Part shown: piece after piece, positions 18,171 through 28,755 of the stretch
Position numbering within the stretch: position 1 is the first letter of the stretch
How the letters are laid out: the number at the start of each line of letters is the position of its first letter
NCBI GenBank assembly: GCA_020057295.1
Contig: JAGVGF010000002.1
Location: forward strand, 1-64,000
Direction of reading: 5' to 3'
DNA length: 64,000 nt
From: an archaeon
Lineage (GTDB): Archaea; Nanobdellota; Nanobdellia; Woesearchaeales; UBA9642
The notes under the pieces: generated by a model
What the model saw: only the letters and a program-made list of their open reading frames with translations
What the model was told of the DNA's origin: nothing
The model's database searches: none
Translations under genes and position numbers: made by a program

Positions 18171-18866
18171 ATGTTTGAGAAATTATCTGAACTCGGATTC
18201 AGTAAGGGCGAGGTAAAGGTTTATGTATGCCTATTGAAGCACGGTACATTGACGAGGACAGGGATTACGAAACATACTGAAGTTTCCTCTTCAAAAGTTT
18301 ATGAAATTGCAGATCGATTGGTTCTCAAAGGTGTTGTAAGTTGTATGCTAAAAGACAATATAAGATATTATACTGCTTTTGAGATAACAGCGTTAAAGAG
18401 ATATATCGAAAAGAAGCAGGAATCACTTGAGGAACAGAAGAAGATATGTGATGAGATAGCATCGACCATAACGATGAAAAATGATGAATACTTCTTAGTA
18501 TATGATGGTTGGGAAGGTATAAAGAATGCAGAGCTCGAAGCTATAAGAGAATGTCCTAAGAATTCTGTAATAATCGGTATAGGAAGTCAATTGCCTAAGA
18601 TAGACTTCCAGAAAGAATATCATCACATCAGGAATTCTAAGAATATTAAGGTGAAGAGTTTCATACCAGAAAAATATGTTATGCCTGTCAATTACAAGAA
18701 TTTCTCAGTAAAAGTATTTAAGAATGCTGCAGATATGGGTATAGGAGTATATCCTGATAGAGTTACATTAGAATCGTATAAAGAGCCAATGGTGTTAGTG
18801 ATAAAACAGCCTCAGATGGTTCAATTGATAAAATTAATGTTAGAAACAATGTGGAAAAATATTTAA
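18171..18866 (+). CDS. TrmB-family transcriptional regulator
   Basis: LGFSKGEVKVY..LL...SSSKVYEI..RL..KG; YDGWEGIK. Confidence 0.88.
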   Translation: MFEKLSELGFSKGEVKVYVCLLKHGTLTRTGITKHTEVSSSKVYEIADRLVLKGVVSCMLKDNIRYYTAFEITALKRYIEKKQESLEEQKKICDEIASTITMKNDEYFLVYDGWEGIKNAELEAIRECPKNSVIIGIGSQLPKIDFQKEYHHIRNSKNIKVKSFIPEKYVMPVNYKNFSVKVFKNAADMGIGVYPDRVTLESYKEPMVLVIKQPQMVQLIKLMLETMWKNI

Positions 18867-18869
18867 GAA

Positions 18870-19040
18870 TTATTCTCTAATTACATTATCTTTAATTTCC
18901 TTAATCTTATTCGCGTTTAGATAATACTGTTGCGCTTCATCATCCATTCCTTTACTCTCTAAATCCTGTGCTTTCTGATGAAACTTCCGTATGATTGTAT
19001 CAAACGGACCTCGAAGTTCTTCAACTTCCATATCGCCCAT
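18870..19040 (-). CDS. small hypothetical protein
   Basis: Likely start MGDMEVEE; helical composition. Confidence 0.5.
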   Translation of the reverse strand: MGDMEVEELRGPFDTIIRKFHQKAQDLESKGMDDEAQQYYLNANKIKEIKDNVIRE

Positions 19041-19077
19041 AAGCTTATAACGGTTAAATGTATATTTAAAGTTATTC

Positions 19078-19344
19078 TTAAAGCAAGCTTGTTCCACCTT
19101 TGATAACTAAATATGCAATTATTAAATAATATATCCATCCCACATTAATAATAACATTCAATAATATTACAAATCCTAGAAATCCATCAAACATGCTCAT
19201 TCCATCACCAAAAAATATTATCGCTTTTAATATTAAATACAATGATGCACTAATAATTAATCGTAATCCGATAATGTCAGTCATAAATAATAACACGATT
19301 AATGCGACAAATATATCTAATATTCCAAACATTTTAAGAATCAT
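19078..19344 (-). CDS. small membrane protein
   Basis: Highly hydrophobic with repeated YLxxKA/KG. Confidence 0.65.
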   Translation of the reverse strand: MILKMFGILDIFVALIVLLFMTDIIGLRLIISASLYLILKAIIFFGDGMSMFDGFLGFVILLNVIINVGWIYYLIIAYLVIKGGTSLL

Positions 19345-19454
19345 AATAAGAGAAATTATAAGAATTATATATCTTTATTTGTGATTAATAATCTATATTA
19401 AATCAATATATTTATATACTATATTTTGTAATATTCATTCTAGAGGTGAATTTT

Positions 19455-19862
19455 ATGGATGAAAAGAAAGATTTCATTGTATTATCTATTGTTTCTATTG
19501 TAGCAATCATAGCTATTGTATTATTGGTATTATCTAATGGAGGTATTTCTGGACAAGTGCCTAAGGCTGTACTTCCAGATGTTGTAACATTAACAAGTCC
19601 TGGTGATGGTTCAACAACTACACTAACTCCTACTCTAGATTGGTCTAGAGCGCATAGGGCAGATTTTATTATATTATATTTAGATAATAAGCCAGGATTC
19701 AGCACACCTATTGTTCAAGAATTTCAATTAAGAAAGAATGAACTTGCATATACAGTCCCTGCCGGATTATTACAGCCTGGAGTAACATATTATTGGCGTA
19801 TAGTATCATACAACGACAATGGTGCAACAAATTCAGCAACGTGGTCATTTACTACACAATAA
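19455..19862 (+). CDS. membrane-anchored Fn3/Ig-like domain protein
   Basis: N-terminal TM; LTSPGDG..TPTLDWS...LQPGVTYYWRI..WSFTT. Confidence 0.75.
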   Translation: MDEKKDFIVLSIVSIVAIIAIVLLVLSNGGISGQVPKAVLPDVVTLTSPGDGSTTTLTPTLDWSRAHRADFIILYLDNKPGFSTPIVQEFQLRKNELAYTVPAGLLQPGVTYYWRIVSYNDNGATNSATWSFTTQ

Positions 19863-19879
19863 ATCTTTTTATTTTATAT

Positions 19880-20317
19880 TTAACAAATATACTTCGGTAA
19901 GAAATGCCCAAAAGCACATATCACAGGATATTGTGGTCGAAATTTTTCTCTCCAAACATCAGGATCTACTTTTTCTCTAAGTGCTAAACGCAAAGATCTC
20001 CGTGTACATGGTGCGTAAAGAAATGCTTCATACAGTTGTGGTACTACTGCGTTTGGGTCTAGACCATCAAGTCTTCTTAACAATTTTTCAAATCTTCTCT
20101 CTTGACGATTTATTTTACCTACGGCTAATCCTGTGAGTGCAACTCCTGAAACAAGTGCTGCAATATTCTCAGGTGTTGGACCGCTGTTTATTATAGAATT
20201 AATACCTATAATTGTAGAGCTTGCGCCCGTACCAACTCCTAATAAACCATATAAATTAAGTTCCGCCCATCTATACATTTCTTCAATACTTCCCATAAAT
20301 CCAGAAAACAATTTCAA
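19880..20317 (-). CDS. hypothetical membrane protein
   Basis: Two weak hydrophobic segments; start uncertain. Confidence 0.55.
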   Translation of the reverse strand: MKLFSGFMGSIEEMYRWAELNLYGLLGVGTGASSTIIGINSIINSGPTPENIAALVSGVALTGLAVGKINRQERRFEKLLRRLDGLDPNAVVPQLYEAFLYAPCTRRSLRLALREKVDPDVWREKFRPQYPVICAFGHFLPKYIC

Positions 20318-20337
20318 TTAAAAAAGATTTCGTTTAA

Positions 20338-22995
20338 TTATTTTACAACGATGGCTGGCTTACCAGGAACTGCCTGGCGAGCTTTAATTTCTTTAGAATT
20401 TTCCGCTGTAACAACACGTACAGCACAATCAAACATTTTACTAATTAAGCCGTTAGCTTCATTAAATGCATTTAATTCAGTTCCTTGAGTTAATACTTGT
20501 TCAGGAAGTTTATCAACCATTTTAGGCAAAACTTTCATTATATCTTGACCATGTTTTTTTAGTTCAGATGACATGATATGTTTTGATAATTCGCCAGTAT
20601 TTCTAATTCCATTACTTACAAGTTCTTTTACCATTGAATAAAATTTATACTTCCACTCTTCAGATATTATTAATTCAATTTCTGTAGGAGATGAAATTTT
20701 AGCAAGTTCAAGAACTGATTTAATATCATTAACTGTATTATCAATTAATAATTCAATATAATGTAATTGTAAATCAATCTTGCTAATATCATGTTCAGGC
20801 CATTTCTGAACTGAAGCAAATCCTTTCCCATTAATAAGTTCCCAACATTCTTCAGATAAATGCGGGGCAAAAGGATTTAACAATAAAGATAACACTTCAA
20901 GAGCTTCACGCAAAACACCAGGGCTTACATTTTCACGAACAGTATAAATATAATTTACATAATCCATTAATGTAACAACAGCAGTATTTAATTTAAATTT
21001 ATCAATATCATCAGTAATGCTTTGAACAACAATATGTTGCTTACTAATCAAGTAAGAATCTTTAGTATTGCCAATTGATTCAACTTTATCCTCATATAAT
21101 TTATACACGCGTTGTAAGAATTTGTGTGTTCCTTCAATTCCTTGATCATTCCATTCCATCTCTTTATCAGGATTAGCAACAAACAACATAAATAATCGTG
21201 CAGTATCAATACCATACTTTGGAGCAATTTCTTCCTGAGTAATAATATTACCATAACTCTTACTCATCTTCTTACCATCTTTGTAAACTACACCTTGATT
21301 GAATAATGCATTGAATGGTTCATCTATTGATAACATTTTCATGTCACGCAATGCTTTAGTAAAAAATCTTGAATAAATTAAATGACCAACAGCATGTTCT
21401 ATACCCCCAATATATTGGTCTACTGGCATCCAATATTTAACAGCATCAGCATCAAATGGAACATCAGTAGTATTAGGACTACAATATCTTAAGAAGTACC
21501 ATGATGAATCCATGAAACCGCCCATCGTATCAGTCTCACGCGTTGCGCTTCCATTACATCTAGGACATCTTACATGAACAAAATGTTTACTAGTAAGTAT
21601 AGGATTTCCAGTCTGATCAAATCTAACATCTTCAGGAAGTAATAATGGTAATTCATTAAATGGTACGGGAACAATTCCACACTCATCACAATGAATCATT
21701 GGAATAGGAGTACCCCAATATCTTTGACGAGAAATTAACCAATCTTTTAATCTATATTGAATAGTTCTTGTTCCTAACCCTTTCTTTTCAATATAATCTG
21801 TAATTTTAGATATAGCATCAAAATTATTTAAGTCATTAAAATCACTAGAAAATACTAATGTGCCCTCATCAGTATAAGCTTTTGTCATCGTTTCAGCTTT
21901 TAATGAGTGATCATCATTCTGAATAACAACAGTAATTGGAATATCATATTTTTTAGCAAATTCGAAATCTCGATTATCGTGAGCAGGAACTGCCATAATC
22001 ATTCCAGTAGCATAGTCAGCCACAACAAAATTACCTGCATAAATAGGAACTCTATCGGTAGTTAATGGATTTGTGGCATAAAGTCCTGTGAATACTCCTG
22101 ACTTTTCCAAAAACTCCTTATCATCAGCAGCTTCAGCTTTTTTAACATCTTCAATAAATGCGTCAACAGTTTCCTCGTAAGGAGTTCCCTTAATTAATTC
22201 TTTAAGTTTAGGATGATTTAATGCAATCACCATAAATGTTACACCATAAATAGTATCTGGTCTTGTTGTAAATATTGGAAATACTTCACCATTATCTAAC
22301 TTAAAATGTACTAATGTTCCAAAACTTTTACCAATCCAATTCTCTTGAATAGTTTGAATCTTATCAGACCAATCTAATTTCTTAATATCTTCAAGTAATT
22401 GATCAGCGTACGCTGTAGTTTTAAAGAACCATTGATCTAAATCCTTATCAACAACTTGATTACCACATCTCCAACATGCACCCTTTTCAACTTCCTCATT
22501 AGCAAGAACTGTTGTACAGTGTGTACAATAATTTACCTTAGCTTTCTTTCTATATACTAATCCTTTCTCATAAAATTTGATGAAGAAGTATTGATTCCAT
22601 TTGTAATATTTAGGTTCATGAGTCGCAATCATCCTATCCCAATCATAACTTAATCCAAGTTGTTTGAAATATTTAGTAATTGTAGCAATTGAATTTTCAG
22701 TATATTCGCGTGGATGAATTCCAGCTTTCTTTGCAGCATTTTCTGCAGGCAATCCGAATGAATCATAACCCATAGGATATAAAACGTTAAAACCATTCAT
22801 TCTCTTAAATCTTGCAAATGCATCACCAATAGAGTAATTTCTAACATGACCCATATGTAAGAACGCGGCTGAAGGATATGGAAACATTTCTAGACAATAG
22901 AACTTCTTCTTAGTTTTATCCTCATGTACTTTGAAGACTTTACTTTCGGCCCATTTACTCTGCCACTTGTCCTGGATAGTTTTAAAGTCTGCCAT
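20338..22995 (-). CDS. leuS: leucine--tRNA ligase
   Basis: MFPYPS, HMGH, FTTRPDT editing domain, [15 protein letters not shown]. Confidence 0.97.
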   Translation of the reverse strand: MADFKTIQDKWQSKWAESKVFKVHEDKTKKKFYCLEMFPYPSAAFLHMGHVRNYSIGDAFARFKRMNGFNVLYPMGYDSFGLPAENAAKKAGIHPREYTENSIATITKYFKQLGLSYDWDRMIATHEPKYYKWNQYFFIKFYEKGLVYRKKAKVNYCTHCTTVLANEEVEKGACWRCGNQVVDKDLDQWFFKTTAYADQLLEDIKKLDWSDKIQTIQENWIGKSFGTLVHFKLDNGEVFPIFTTRPDTIYGVTFMVIALNHPKLKELIKGTPYEETVDAFIEDVKKAEAADDKEFLEKSGVFTGLYATNPLTTDRVPIYAGNFVVADYATGMIMAVPAHDNRDFEFAKKYDIPITVVIQNDDHSLKAETMTKAYTDEGTLVFSSDFNDLNNFDAISKITDYIEKKGLGTRTIQYRLKDWLISRQRYWGTPIPMIHCDECGIVPVPFNELPLLLPEDVRFDQTGNPILTSKHFVHVRCPRCNGSATRETDTMGGFMDSSWYFLRYCSPNTTDVPFDADAVKYWMPVDQYIGGIEHAVGHLIYSRFFTKALRDMKMLSIDEPFNALFNQGVVYKDGKKMSKSYGNIITQEEIAPKYGIDTARLFMLFVANPDKEMEWNDQGIEGTHKFLQRVYKLYEDKVESIGNTKDSYLISKQHIVVQSITDDIDKFKLNTAVVTLMDYVNYIYTVRENVSPGVLREALEVLSLLLNPFAPHLSEECWELINGKGFASVQKWPEHDISKIDLQLHYIELLIDNTVNDIKSVLELAKISSPTEIELIISEEWKYKFYSMVKELVSNGIRNTGELSKHIMSSELKKHGQDIMKVLPKMVDKLPEQVLTQGTELNAFNEANGLISKMFDCAVRVVTAENSKEIKARQAVPGKPAIVVK

Positions 22996-23049
22996 ATGTC
23001 TTAAAATAGCCCTTAGTATTTAAAGATTTTCAAGAAAATCCGATAAAAA

Positions 23050-23382
23050 TTATATTATTGGAGCACCACGATACATGCTTTGAGGTTTTTCTAAACGTTT
23101 ATAGTTCTGTTCTATGGTTGCAACTTTGCATTCATGCATGTTAAATTGTAAATATAAGAAGTGTGTTAATTCTTTATAGTGTGGTTTCTCTTCAAATTTA
23201 GATTTTACACTATCTTCAAAATTTTGTATTGCAGTCATATTTCTAATAACATAATTATCATAATCATTAATAGTTGCATCATTTCGGGAGTAGAGATCTT
23301 TTGTGGAGTTTATTATGCCTTCTAATACTTCACCAAACCTTATCAAATCTCTGCTAATTTGCACATCATCCATAAAAACCAC
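23050..23382 (-). CDS. hypothetical protein
   Basis: 110-aa ORF, no motif. Confidence 0.55.
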   Translation of the reverse strand: MVFMDDVQISRDLIRFGEVLEGIINSTKDLYSRNDATINDYDNYVIRNMTAIQNFEDSVKSKFEEKPHYKELTHFLYLQFNMHECKVATIEQNYKRLEKPQSMYRGAPII

Positions 23383-23502
23383 CTTACTATACGATAAAGA
23401 GTGATTATTGGTTTAAAAATATTTGTAATTTTTGTGATATTTTCTCTACTTATTAATGGTAAAGTAAGTAAAATTTATAAATTATAAAAAGGCACTATAT
23501 CT

Positions 23503-24384
23503 ATGATTAAATCAGATAGTAGCTTAAGTATTGTCGTTCCTGTATATTGTCCTAATCAGTATTTACTAGACATAACGGAACATCAATTTCTTAATAGTTT
23601 AAGTAGAAATTCAGATAGAGAAAGAACTGAAATAATTGTTGTTGATGATGCATCACCAAAATCTTCAGACCTAGAAAAATTATTAAAAAAATTCAGATTA
23701 AAACATGGATTAAATATTACAATATTACGTAACGATGTAAATATGGGATTTCCATACAATGTAAATTTAGGCATGAGCGCAGCAAGACATGATTATGTTG
23801 CAATGTCAAATAATGATATATACATACCACGAGGAACAATAGACAGTATGTTAAGTGTTCTAGATACACATCCAAATATTGCAGCAGTAGGACCGGCTGT
23901 TAATAGAACAATAAATAAAGGATACAAAGGTCAAGTAGTAATATCATTCAATACAACTTCATTTGATGAACGAGAATTTAAGAAAATCGAAGATATTGCA
24001 ATAACACAACGTGCACTACCAAGAACAATATTTGATGTAGACTGGCTTGTAGGATATTTTATGATGTTGAGAAAAAGTGCATTCAAAGATGTTGGTGGAA
24101 TGGATGTAAAATATGGTCTAGGATATGGTGAAGAAGTAGACTTATGTTTTAGACTAAAAAAATTAGGATACGATCTTGCTGTAGATAGAAATGCATTCTT
24201 GTTTCATGGACATCCAGAAAAAATGAAATCATTCTTAGGTGCTAGCATGAACACTGTACCGTTTAATGCAGCAAAGATTGCTATAAAAAATAATATATAC
24301 TTTACAAGAAAAAACGGACTATTAGCACAGTTATCACTATTCTATAATTGGAATTTAAGAAAAACATTCAAAAATATAGCTTAG
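23503..24384 (+). CDS. glycosyltransferase family 2
   Basis: SIVVPVY, IIVVDDAS, N.GF....N.G, NND, GGMD, EEVDLC.R. Confidence 0.9.
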   Translation: MIKSDSSLSIVVPVYCPNQYLLDITEHQFLNSLSRNSDRERTEIIVVDDASPKSSDLEKLLKKFRLKHGLNITILRNDVNMGFPYNVNLGMSAARHDYVAMSNNDIYIPRGTIDSMLSVLDTHPNIAAVGPAVNRTINKGYKGQVVISFNTTSFDEREFKKIEDIAITQRALPRTIFDVDWLVGYFMMLRKSAFKDVGGMDVKYGLGYGEEVDLCFRLKKLGYDLAVDRNAFLFHGHPEKMKSFLGASMNTVPFNAAKIAIKNNIYFTRKNGLLAQLSLFYNWNLRKTFKNIA

Positions 24385-24398
24385 AATCTCCTATAGAT

Positions 24399-25148
24399 TT
24401 ATTTCTTCGCACTATTCCATAATGTTTTAAAATATTTTCTGAAACTTTCTGCAGCAAATTTATTCTCTATAATTATAGCCAGTGGACACTCTTTTTCAAG
24501 AATAAAAATTAACACTTTATTTTTATATATTTCTGTACTCATTGGCATTTCCATTTCTTTTGGTAAAAATCTAAAATATGTGTTAGCCATATGTTTACGC
24601 GCATGGTACAATGATCTATATTTTTCATTTAGAAGATGTTTTAATATAATTCCCTTAGCTGCTCTCTCAACGTGTTTTTCAGTAAAATATATCTCCCATT
24701 CTTTAGGTTGGTGTGCAAGACCCATGCTAAGCCATTCTTCACCTTTATCAAGGCTTTCAAGAATATCTTCTTCAGCAGTCTTTAATCCCTCCCAACCTGT
24801 AAATACTTTTACATCATTCTTAACTGTAGATTTTCTTCTAAGCATTAGTTCTGGAAGAATTTTTTGAATTTCTAACTTTTCTTTTGCGAGTCTCGACTCT
24901 TTTTCTTTAAGATAGTCAAGAATCCTGTATGGTTCTGCTGCCTCAAAATATTTTACACCATTTTTAGTGATTACATTAGCAAAACCCTTCTCACGAAGTC
25001 TATCAAGAACTTCGTAAACTTTAGATCCTGAAACTCTAGATTTTTTAGTAATATCTCCTGTAGTTGTAGATCCTAAATCTAGTAATGCAAGATACACCTT
25101 TCTTTCGCCTTGCGTAAGTCCTATATTTCTGAGCGCTTCGTCAATCAC
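24399..25148 (-). CDS. TrmB-family transcriptional regulator
   Basis: IGLTQGERKVYLALL...SGSKVYEVLDRL..KG; FTGWEGLK. Confidence 0.9.
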   Translation of the reverse strand: MIDEALRNIGLTQGERKVYLALLDLGSTTTGDITKKSRVSGSKVYEVLDRLREKGFANVITKNGVKYFEAAEPYRILDYLKEKESRLAKEKLEIQKILPELMLRRKSTVKNDVKVFTGWEGLKTAEEDILESLDKGEEWLSMGLAHQPKEWEIYFTEKHVERAAKGIILKHLLNEKYRSLYHARKHMANTYFRFLPKEMEMPMSTEIYKNKVLIFILEKECPLAIIIENKFAAESFRKYFKTLWNSAKK

Positions 25149-25251
25149 AATATGTATAGAACATAAGAATATATAAATTTAATTATTATAACGTACTGAG
25201 GGGGGAATAATATTTAAATAATTTAACGGTATCTCCTTAGTGGTGGTAATT

Positions 25252-25518
25252 ATGACAAACATATATGAACTAAATCCGGTATACAATTCGTTATATTCGG
25301 TAATTGGAAAAAATTTGGGTAAAGACATCTGCTGGAAAATTACGCAGCTCTATCAGTCAGAACTCGAAAAGAAAGTTTCTATAGATGATGAAGAATATAT
25401 GCGTGCTGCACAGTTTAGAGATGAAAGTAGAGACTTAGCTAAAGTTCTTATCGGAATGTTAGAATTAAAATATGTACAAGTTCCTGTAGAATCAAATATA
25501 AGAGTAACTATTCATTAA
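25252..25518 (+). CDS. small protein with UVR-like motif (paralog of 17864-18085)
   Basis: EKKVSIDDEEYMRAAQFRDE; ATG 25252 after GGTGGT SD. Confidence 0.72.
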   Translation: MTNIYELNPVYNSLYSVIGKNLGKDICWKITQLYQSELEKKVSIDDEEYMRAAQFRDESRDLAKVLIGMLELKYVQVPVESNIRVTIH

Positions 25519-25537
25519 GAAAATTATAAAAAAATGT

Positions 25538-25735
25538 TTAGAATCTTTTGAATTTTGCTGCTGTATCGATTAAGTCAACATGTCCTAAGAATAATGCTCT
25601 GCAACAGTATCTGTCAAGGCCAAGTTCATCCATTACTTTCTTTTTATCTTCGCCTTTTGCAGCTCTTTCTTTATATTCTTCCCATAAGTGTGCAACTGGT
25701 TTTCCGCATGAAAAGCATCTTATTGGAATGATCAT
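25538..25735 (-). CDS. rpoN: DNA-directed RNA polymerase subunit N (Rpo10)
   Basis: MIIPIRCFSCGK...RYCCR. Confidence 0.97.
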   Translation of the reverse strand: MIIPIRCFSCGKPVAHLWEEYKERAAKGEDKKKVMDELGLDRYCCRALFLGHVDLIDTAAKFKRF

Positions 25736-25798
25736 TTTGTTCTTCTCCTATTTGGTCGGTTACGACCGTTTTTCCCAAGGCTTTTTGCCAAAAAGGCT

Positions 25799-26194
25799 TT
25801 ATCTGTACGAAGTTTGAGTACTAGCTCTTGCCTGACCATGATGGTTTGGCTTTCCAGCTTCTCTAACCCTAATATCTGCAACTAGTAAGTGTCTATCATA
25901 TTCTAGGAATACTTCTTTTAATTTAGTATTGTAAGCAACTAAAGCTCTTGCAACAGCAAGTCTTGCAGCGTCAGCTTGATTAATAACTCCGCCGCCCTTA
26001 ACTCTTATATCAATATCAACTTTTGATGCAACATCGCCAGCTAACATTAATGGTTCCATAATCTTTAATTTTGATAGTTGCGGACTAAATATTTTCAAAT
26101 CCATACTATTAACAGTAATCTTACCATTGCCATCAGATAATACTGCTCTAGCAATTGATTGTTTTCTTCGTCCACTTGTGATAATATTTTTCAT
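25799..26194 (-). CDS. rps9: 30S ribosomal protein uS9
   Basis: GRRKQSIARA, VKGGG..QADA.R, C-terminal SYR. Confidence 0.96.
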   Translation of the reverse strand: MKNIITSGRRKQSIARAVLSDGNGKITVNSMDLKIFSPQLSKLKIMEPLMLAGDVASKVDIDIRVKGGGVINQADAARLAVARALVAYNTKLKEVFLEYDRHLLVADIRVREAGKPNHHGQARASTQTSYR

Positions 26195-26206
26195 TTTAAA
26201 TTACTC

Positions 26207-26626
26207 CTAAAAATTTGAACCCATCATTTTACATAGTTCATTAACAGTAACATATTTTAGATTTGGAATCTTCTTAATATGAGCTCCATCAATAGATATT
26301 GCCTTATGTTGTTTTAATTCTTCTGGATGTCCAATGTAGCACATTACTCTTTTATATGCTAATGTTCCTCTTGGAGTTTTATGATTTACCATTCCTCTAA
26401 CAATTCTTCGGACAAATCTGTCTGGTCTCCTGAAAAAGAAAGGTCCTTTCTCCCAAGTACCCTGCATTCTTCTACGATGAGTATCTTCAACTAAAAATGC
26501 TCTGTCCCCGCTAACATACATTTGCTCGCAATTAACTATTTTTACAGTTTCACCTAATAATGCCTGCTTAGCCACAAATGTAGCTACTCGTCCGACAATT
26601 AAATCTTTACCATCAACAATTATCAT
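26207..26626 (-). CDS. rpl13: 50S ribosomal protein uL13
   Basis: IVDG...IVGRVA..VAK, RRIVRGM. Confidence 0.95.
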   Translation of the reverse strand: MIIVDGKDLIVGRVATFVAKQALLGETVKIVNCEQMYVSGDRAFLVEDTHRRRMQGTWEKGPFFFRRPDRFVRRIVRGMVNHKTPRGTLAYKRVMCYIGHPEELKQHKAISIDGAHIKKIPNLKYVTVNELCKMMGSNF

Positions 26627-26631
26627 TTTAT

Positions 26632-26988
26632 TTACCCTATAATCTTAATATTTTTTGCATTAGGATACTTCTTTAAAGCTTCCTCAATTGAAATCACATC
26701 AGCCTTACCCTTGACTTTATCAATGGTGCCTTGTGAATAATTGTATGCTATGATTGTAACCTTTTTAGTTAATTCTCCACCAGATAATAATTTTCCAGGG
26801 ATTACAACTACATCATTATCTACAGTATATTTTTCAATCTTTGACAAGTTAACAACACGATGTTGTCTTGTTGGTCTTTCGAGTTCTAAAGCTACTCGCT
26901 TCCATACTCCTGTCTTTTCAGTTAATGAATGCTTCTTCAAACTACTTATGAGTTCTTGCAATCTTTGATTTTTATGTTCCAATGTCAT
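26632..26988 (-). CDS. rpl18e: 50S ribosomal protein eL18
   Basis: WKRVA.EL..P.R....VNLSKI, VIPGKLL. Confidence 0.95.
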   Translation of the reverse strand: MTLEHKNQRLQELISSLKKHSLTEKTGVWKRVALELERPTRQHRVVNLSKIEKYTVDNDVVVIPGKLLSGGELTKKVTIIAYNYSQGTIDKVKGKADVISIEEALKKYPNAKNIKIIG

Positions 26989-27008
26989 TTTATTTTTCCT
27001 ACTTTATA

Positions 27009-27094
27009 TGCGAGGGACGTGATTCGAACACGCGCACCCACTAAGGGACTAGCACCTCAAGCTAGCGCATTTGACCAGGCTCTGCCACCCTCGC
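27009..27094 (-). tRNA. tRNA-Leu(GAG)
   Basis: Cloverleaf GCGAGGG...CTAGC TT GAG GT GCTAG, long variable arm, TTCGAAT loop; conserved position between rpoD and rpl18e. Confidence 0.95.
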
Positions 27095-27106
27095 GCACTC
27101 AAAACT

Positions 27107-27733
27107 TTATTCTAAGTTCTTGACGAGTTCCGCGAATTCTTCGAGCTCTTTATTGTAAATGTCAATAGCTTTGATTACTATCTCTTTTGGAGTTAATTGT
27201 CCCCATGATTCGACTGTGAATATGTATTCGTCACCATCAACATTAGGCATCTTATAAAATACTAGGCCTGGACAAAATTTTGAATGGTCCCTGCCTTGTC
27301 CTAATATTGCTGTTGCCTCAAGTTCAACCTCTTGGCCTTCTAACAATTTTACTAACGGCATTTTACCGTGCATTGGCTTAATTTCTGGATCCTTACTTTT
27401 TATGTCTGATGCATAAACAGTTCCTGGACCTTGAGCCTTCAAAGTTAATTTAACAGTACATGATGCACATCCAGCACCCTTACACTTACATTCACTCATC
27501 ATGTTGTAAGATTTCAAGTCAGTACTTAATGGTACAAGACCTAATCTGTGTGCGAACATTTCATCGTATAATATTGAAGTATTTTTTCTGAATTCAACAT
27601 CATCAATAGACATTACAGGAACTTCGAATCCCATAATTCTTCTTAACGTGTTAGCGTAAGCTGTATCGACACCCTTAACGGAAAATATTAATCGATTCTT
27701 CTTTTCCTGATATTCGACAATTTTTATTTCCAT
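27107..27733 (-). CDS. rpoD: DNA-directed RNA polymerase subunit D (Rpo3)
   Basis: ANTLRR, NTS.LYDE..AHRLGLVPL, FTVESWGQL. Confidence 0.96.
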   Translation of the reverse strand: MEIKIVEYQEKKNRLIFSVKGVDTAYANTLRRIMGFEVPVMSIDDVEFRKNTSILYDEMFAHRLGLVPLSTDLKSYNMMSECKCKGAGCASCTVKLTLKAQGPGTVYASDIKSKDPEIKPMHGKMPLVKLLEGQEVELEATAILGQGRDHSKFCPGLVFYKMPNVDGDEYIFTVESWGQLTPKEIVIKAIDIYNKELEEFAELVKNLE

Positions 27734-27777
27734 TTTAGTAACCTATGATTAAATTATATTAATATATTAATTGAAAT

Positions 27778-28173
27778 TTATACTCTTCGTCCACGTTTAC
27801 CGCCTTTCTTTCTACAAGTGTCGTGCGGTATTGGTGTAACTTCTTCAATAGATCCAATTCTTAGACCCATTCTTGATAGTGCTCTAACTGCTGCCTGTGC
27901 ACCAGGTCCAGGATTAGTAGGACCATTATGACCACCAGGAGCTCTTATCTTAACATGAATACCACTGATACCTTTTTCCATTGCTTGTTCTGCAGCAGCT
28001 TTAGCAGCCATTATTGCAGCAGTTGGACTTGATTCAAGTCTATCAGACTTAACAACCATTCCGCCGCTTGACTTGCCTAAAGTTTCAGTACCACTAATAT
28101 CGGTAATGTGAATAATAGTATTATTATAAGACGAAAATATATAACATATTCCCCATCTAGTATTATCGTTCAT
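27778..28173 (-). CDS. rps11: 30S ribosomal protein uS11
   Basis: [32 protein letters not shown]. Confidence 0.97.
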   Translation of the reverse strand: MNDNTRWGICYIFSSYNNTIIHITDISGTETLGKSSGGMVVKSDRLESSPTAAIMAAKAAAEQAMEKGISGIHVKIRAPGGHNGPTNPGPGAQAAVRALSRMGLRIGSIEEVTPIPHDTCRKKGGKRGRRV

Positions 28174-28175
28174 CT

Positions 28176-28748
28176 TTATCCTCTCTTCCTACCAAACTTG
28201 TTTTTATCAACAGGAGGTCTTGGTTTTCTCTTAGTAGCTTCCTTAGCTCTTTCAGCATGAGTTGTATCGTAAAATGGTGATTTAGGTGAAATCTCAATTC
28301 CGCCTTCTTCAGAAACTCTGACTAGATATGATGGACTTGTAATTGCTTTGCTTGCAACTAATATGTGTCCATGAATAATCATTTGTCTTGATTGTTTCAT
28401 ACTCTTAGCAACACCCTTCTTGAAAAGTAATGTTTGTAATCTTCTGTTCAAAACATTTTTAATTGTAATTCCTAAAATTTCTTCTAATGATGCAGATTTA
28501 ATTAATCCTAATGATTCTAATTTCTTAACAAGATTATGTCTTTCCTTTTCTGCCTGTTTGTCCGTTTTTGCAGATAATGTTTTAGCTTGATTTTTGAATG
28601 ATTCTAATTTAGCAATATTTTTCCATAATTCAGTTCTCTTAGGAATACCATACTCTTTACATATTGCACTTTCTTCAGTAATCCTCTCAATTCTCCATGG
28701 ATGACTTGGTTTTGAATACTTTTTCCTAATCTTTTTTATTCCGCCCAT
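28176..28748 (-). CDS. rps4: 30S ribosomal protein uS4
   Basis: [29 protein letters not shown]. Confidence 0.96.
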   Translation of the reverse strand: MGGIKKIRKKYSKPSHPWRIERITEESAICKEYGIPKRTELWKNIAKLESFKNQAKTLSAKTDKQAEKERHNLVKKLESLGLIKSASLEEILGITIKNVLNRRLQTLLFKKGVAKSMKQSRQMIIHGHILVASKAITSPSYLVRVSEEGGIEISPKSPFYDTTHAERAKEATKRKPRPPVDKNKFGRKRG

Positions 28749-28755
28749 TTTTTAC

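Noticed and set aside
26929-27123. 64-aa ORF on the + strand
   Set aside because: Antisense to tRNA-Leu and the start of rpl18e
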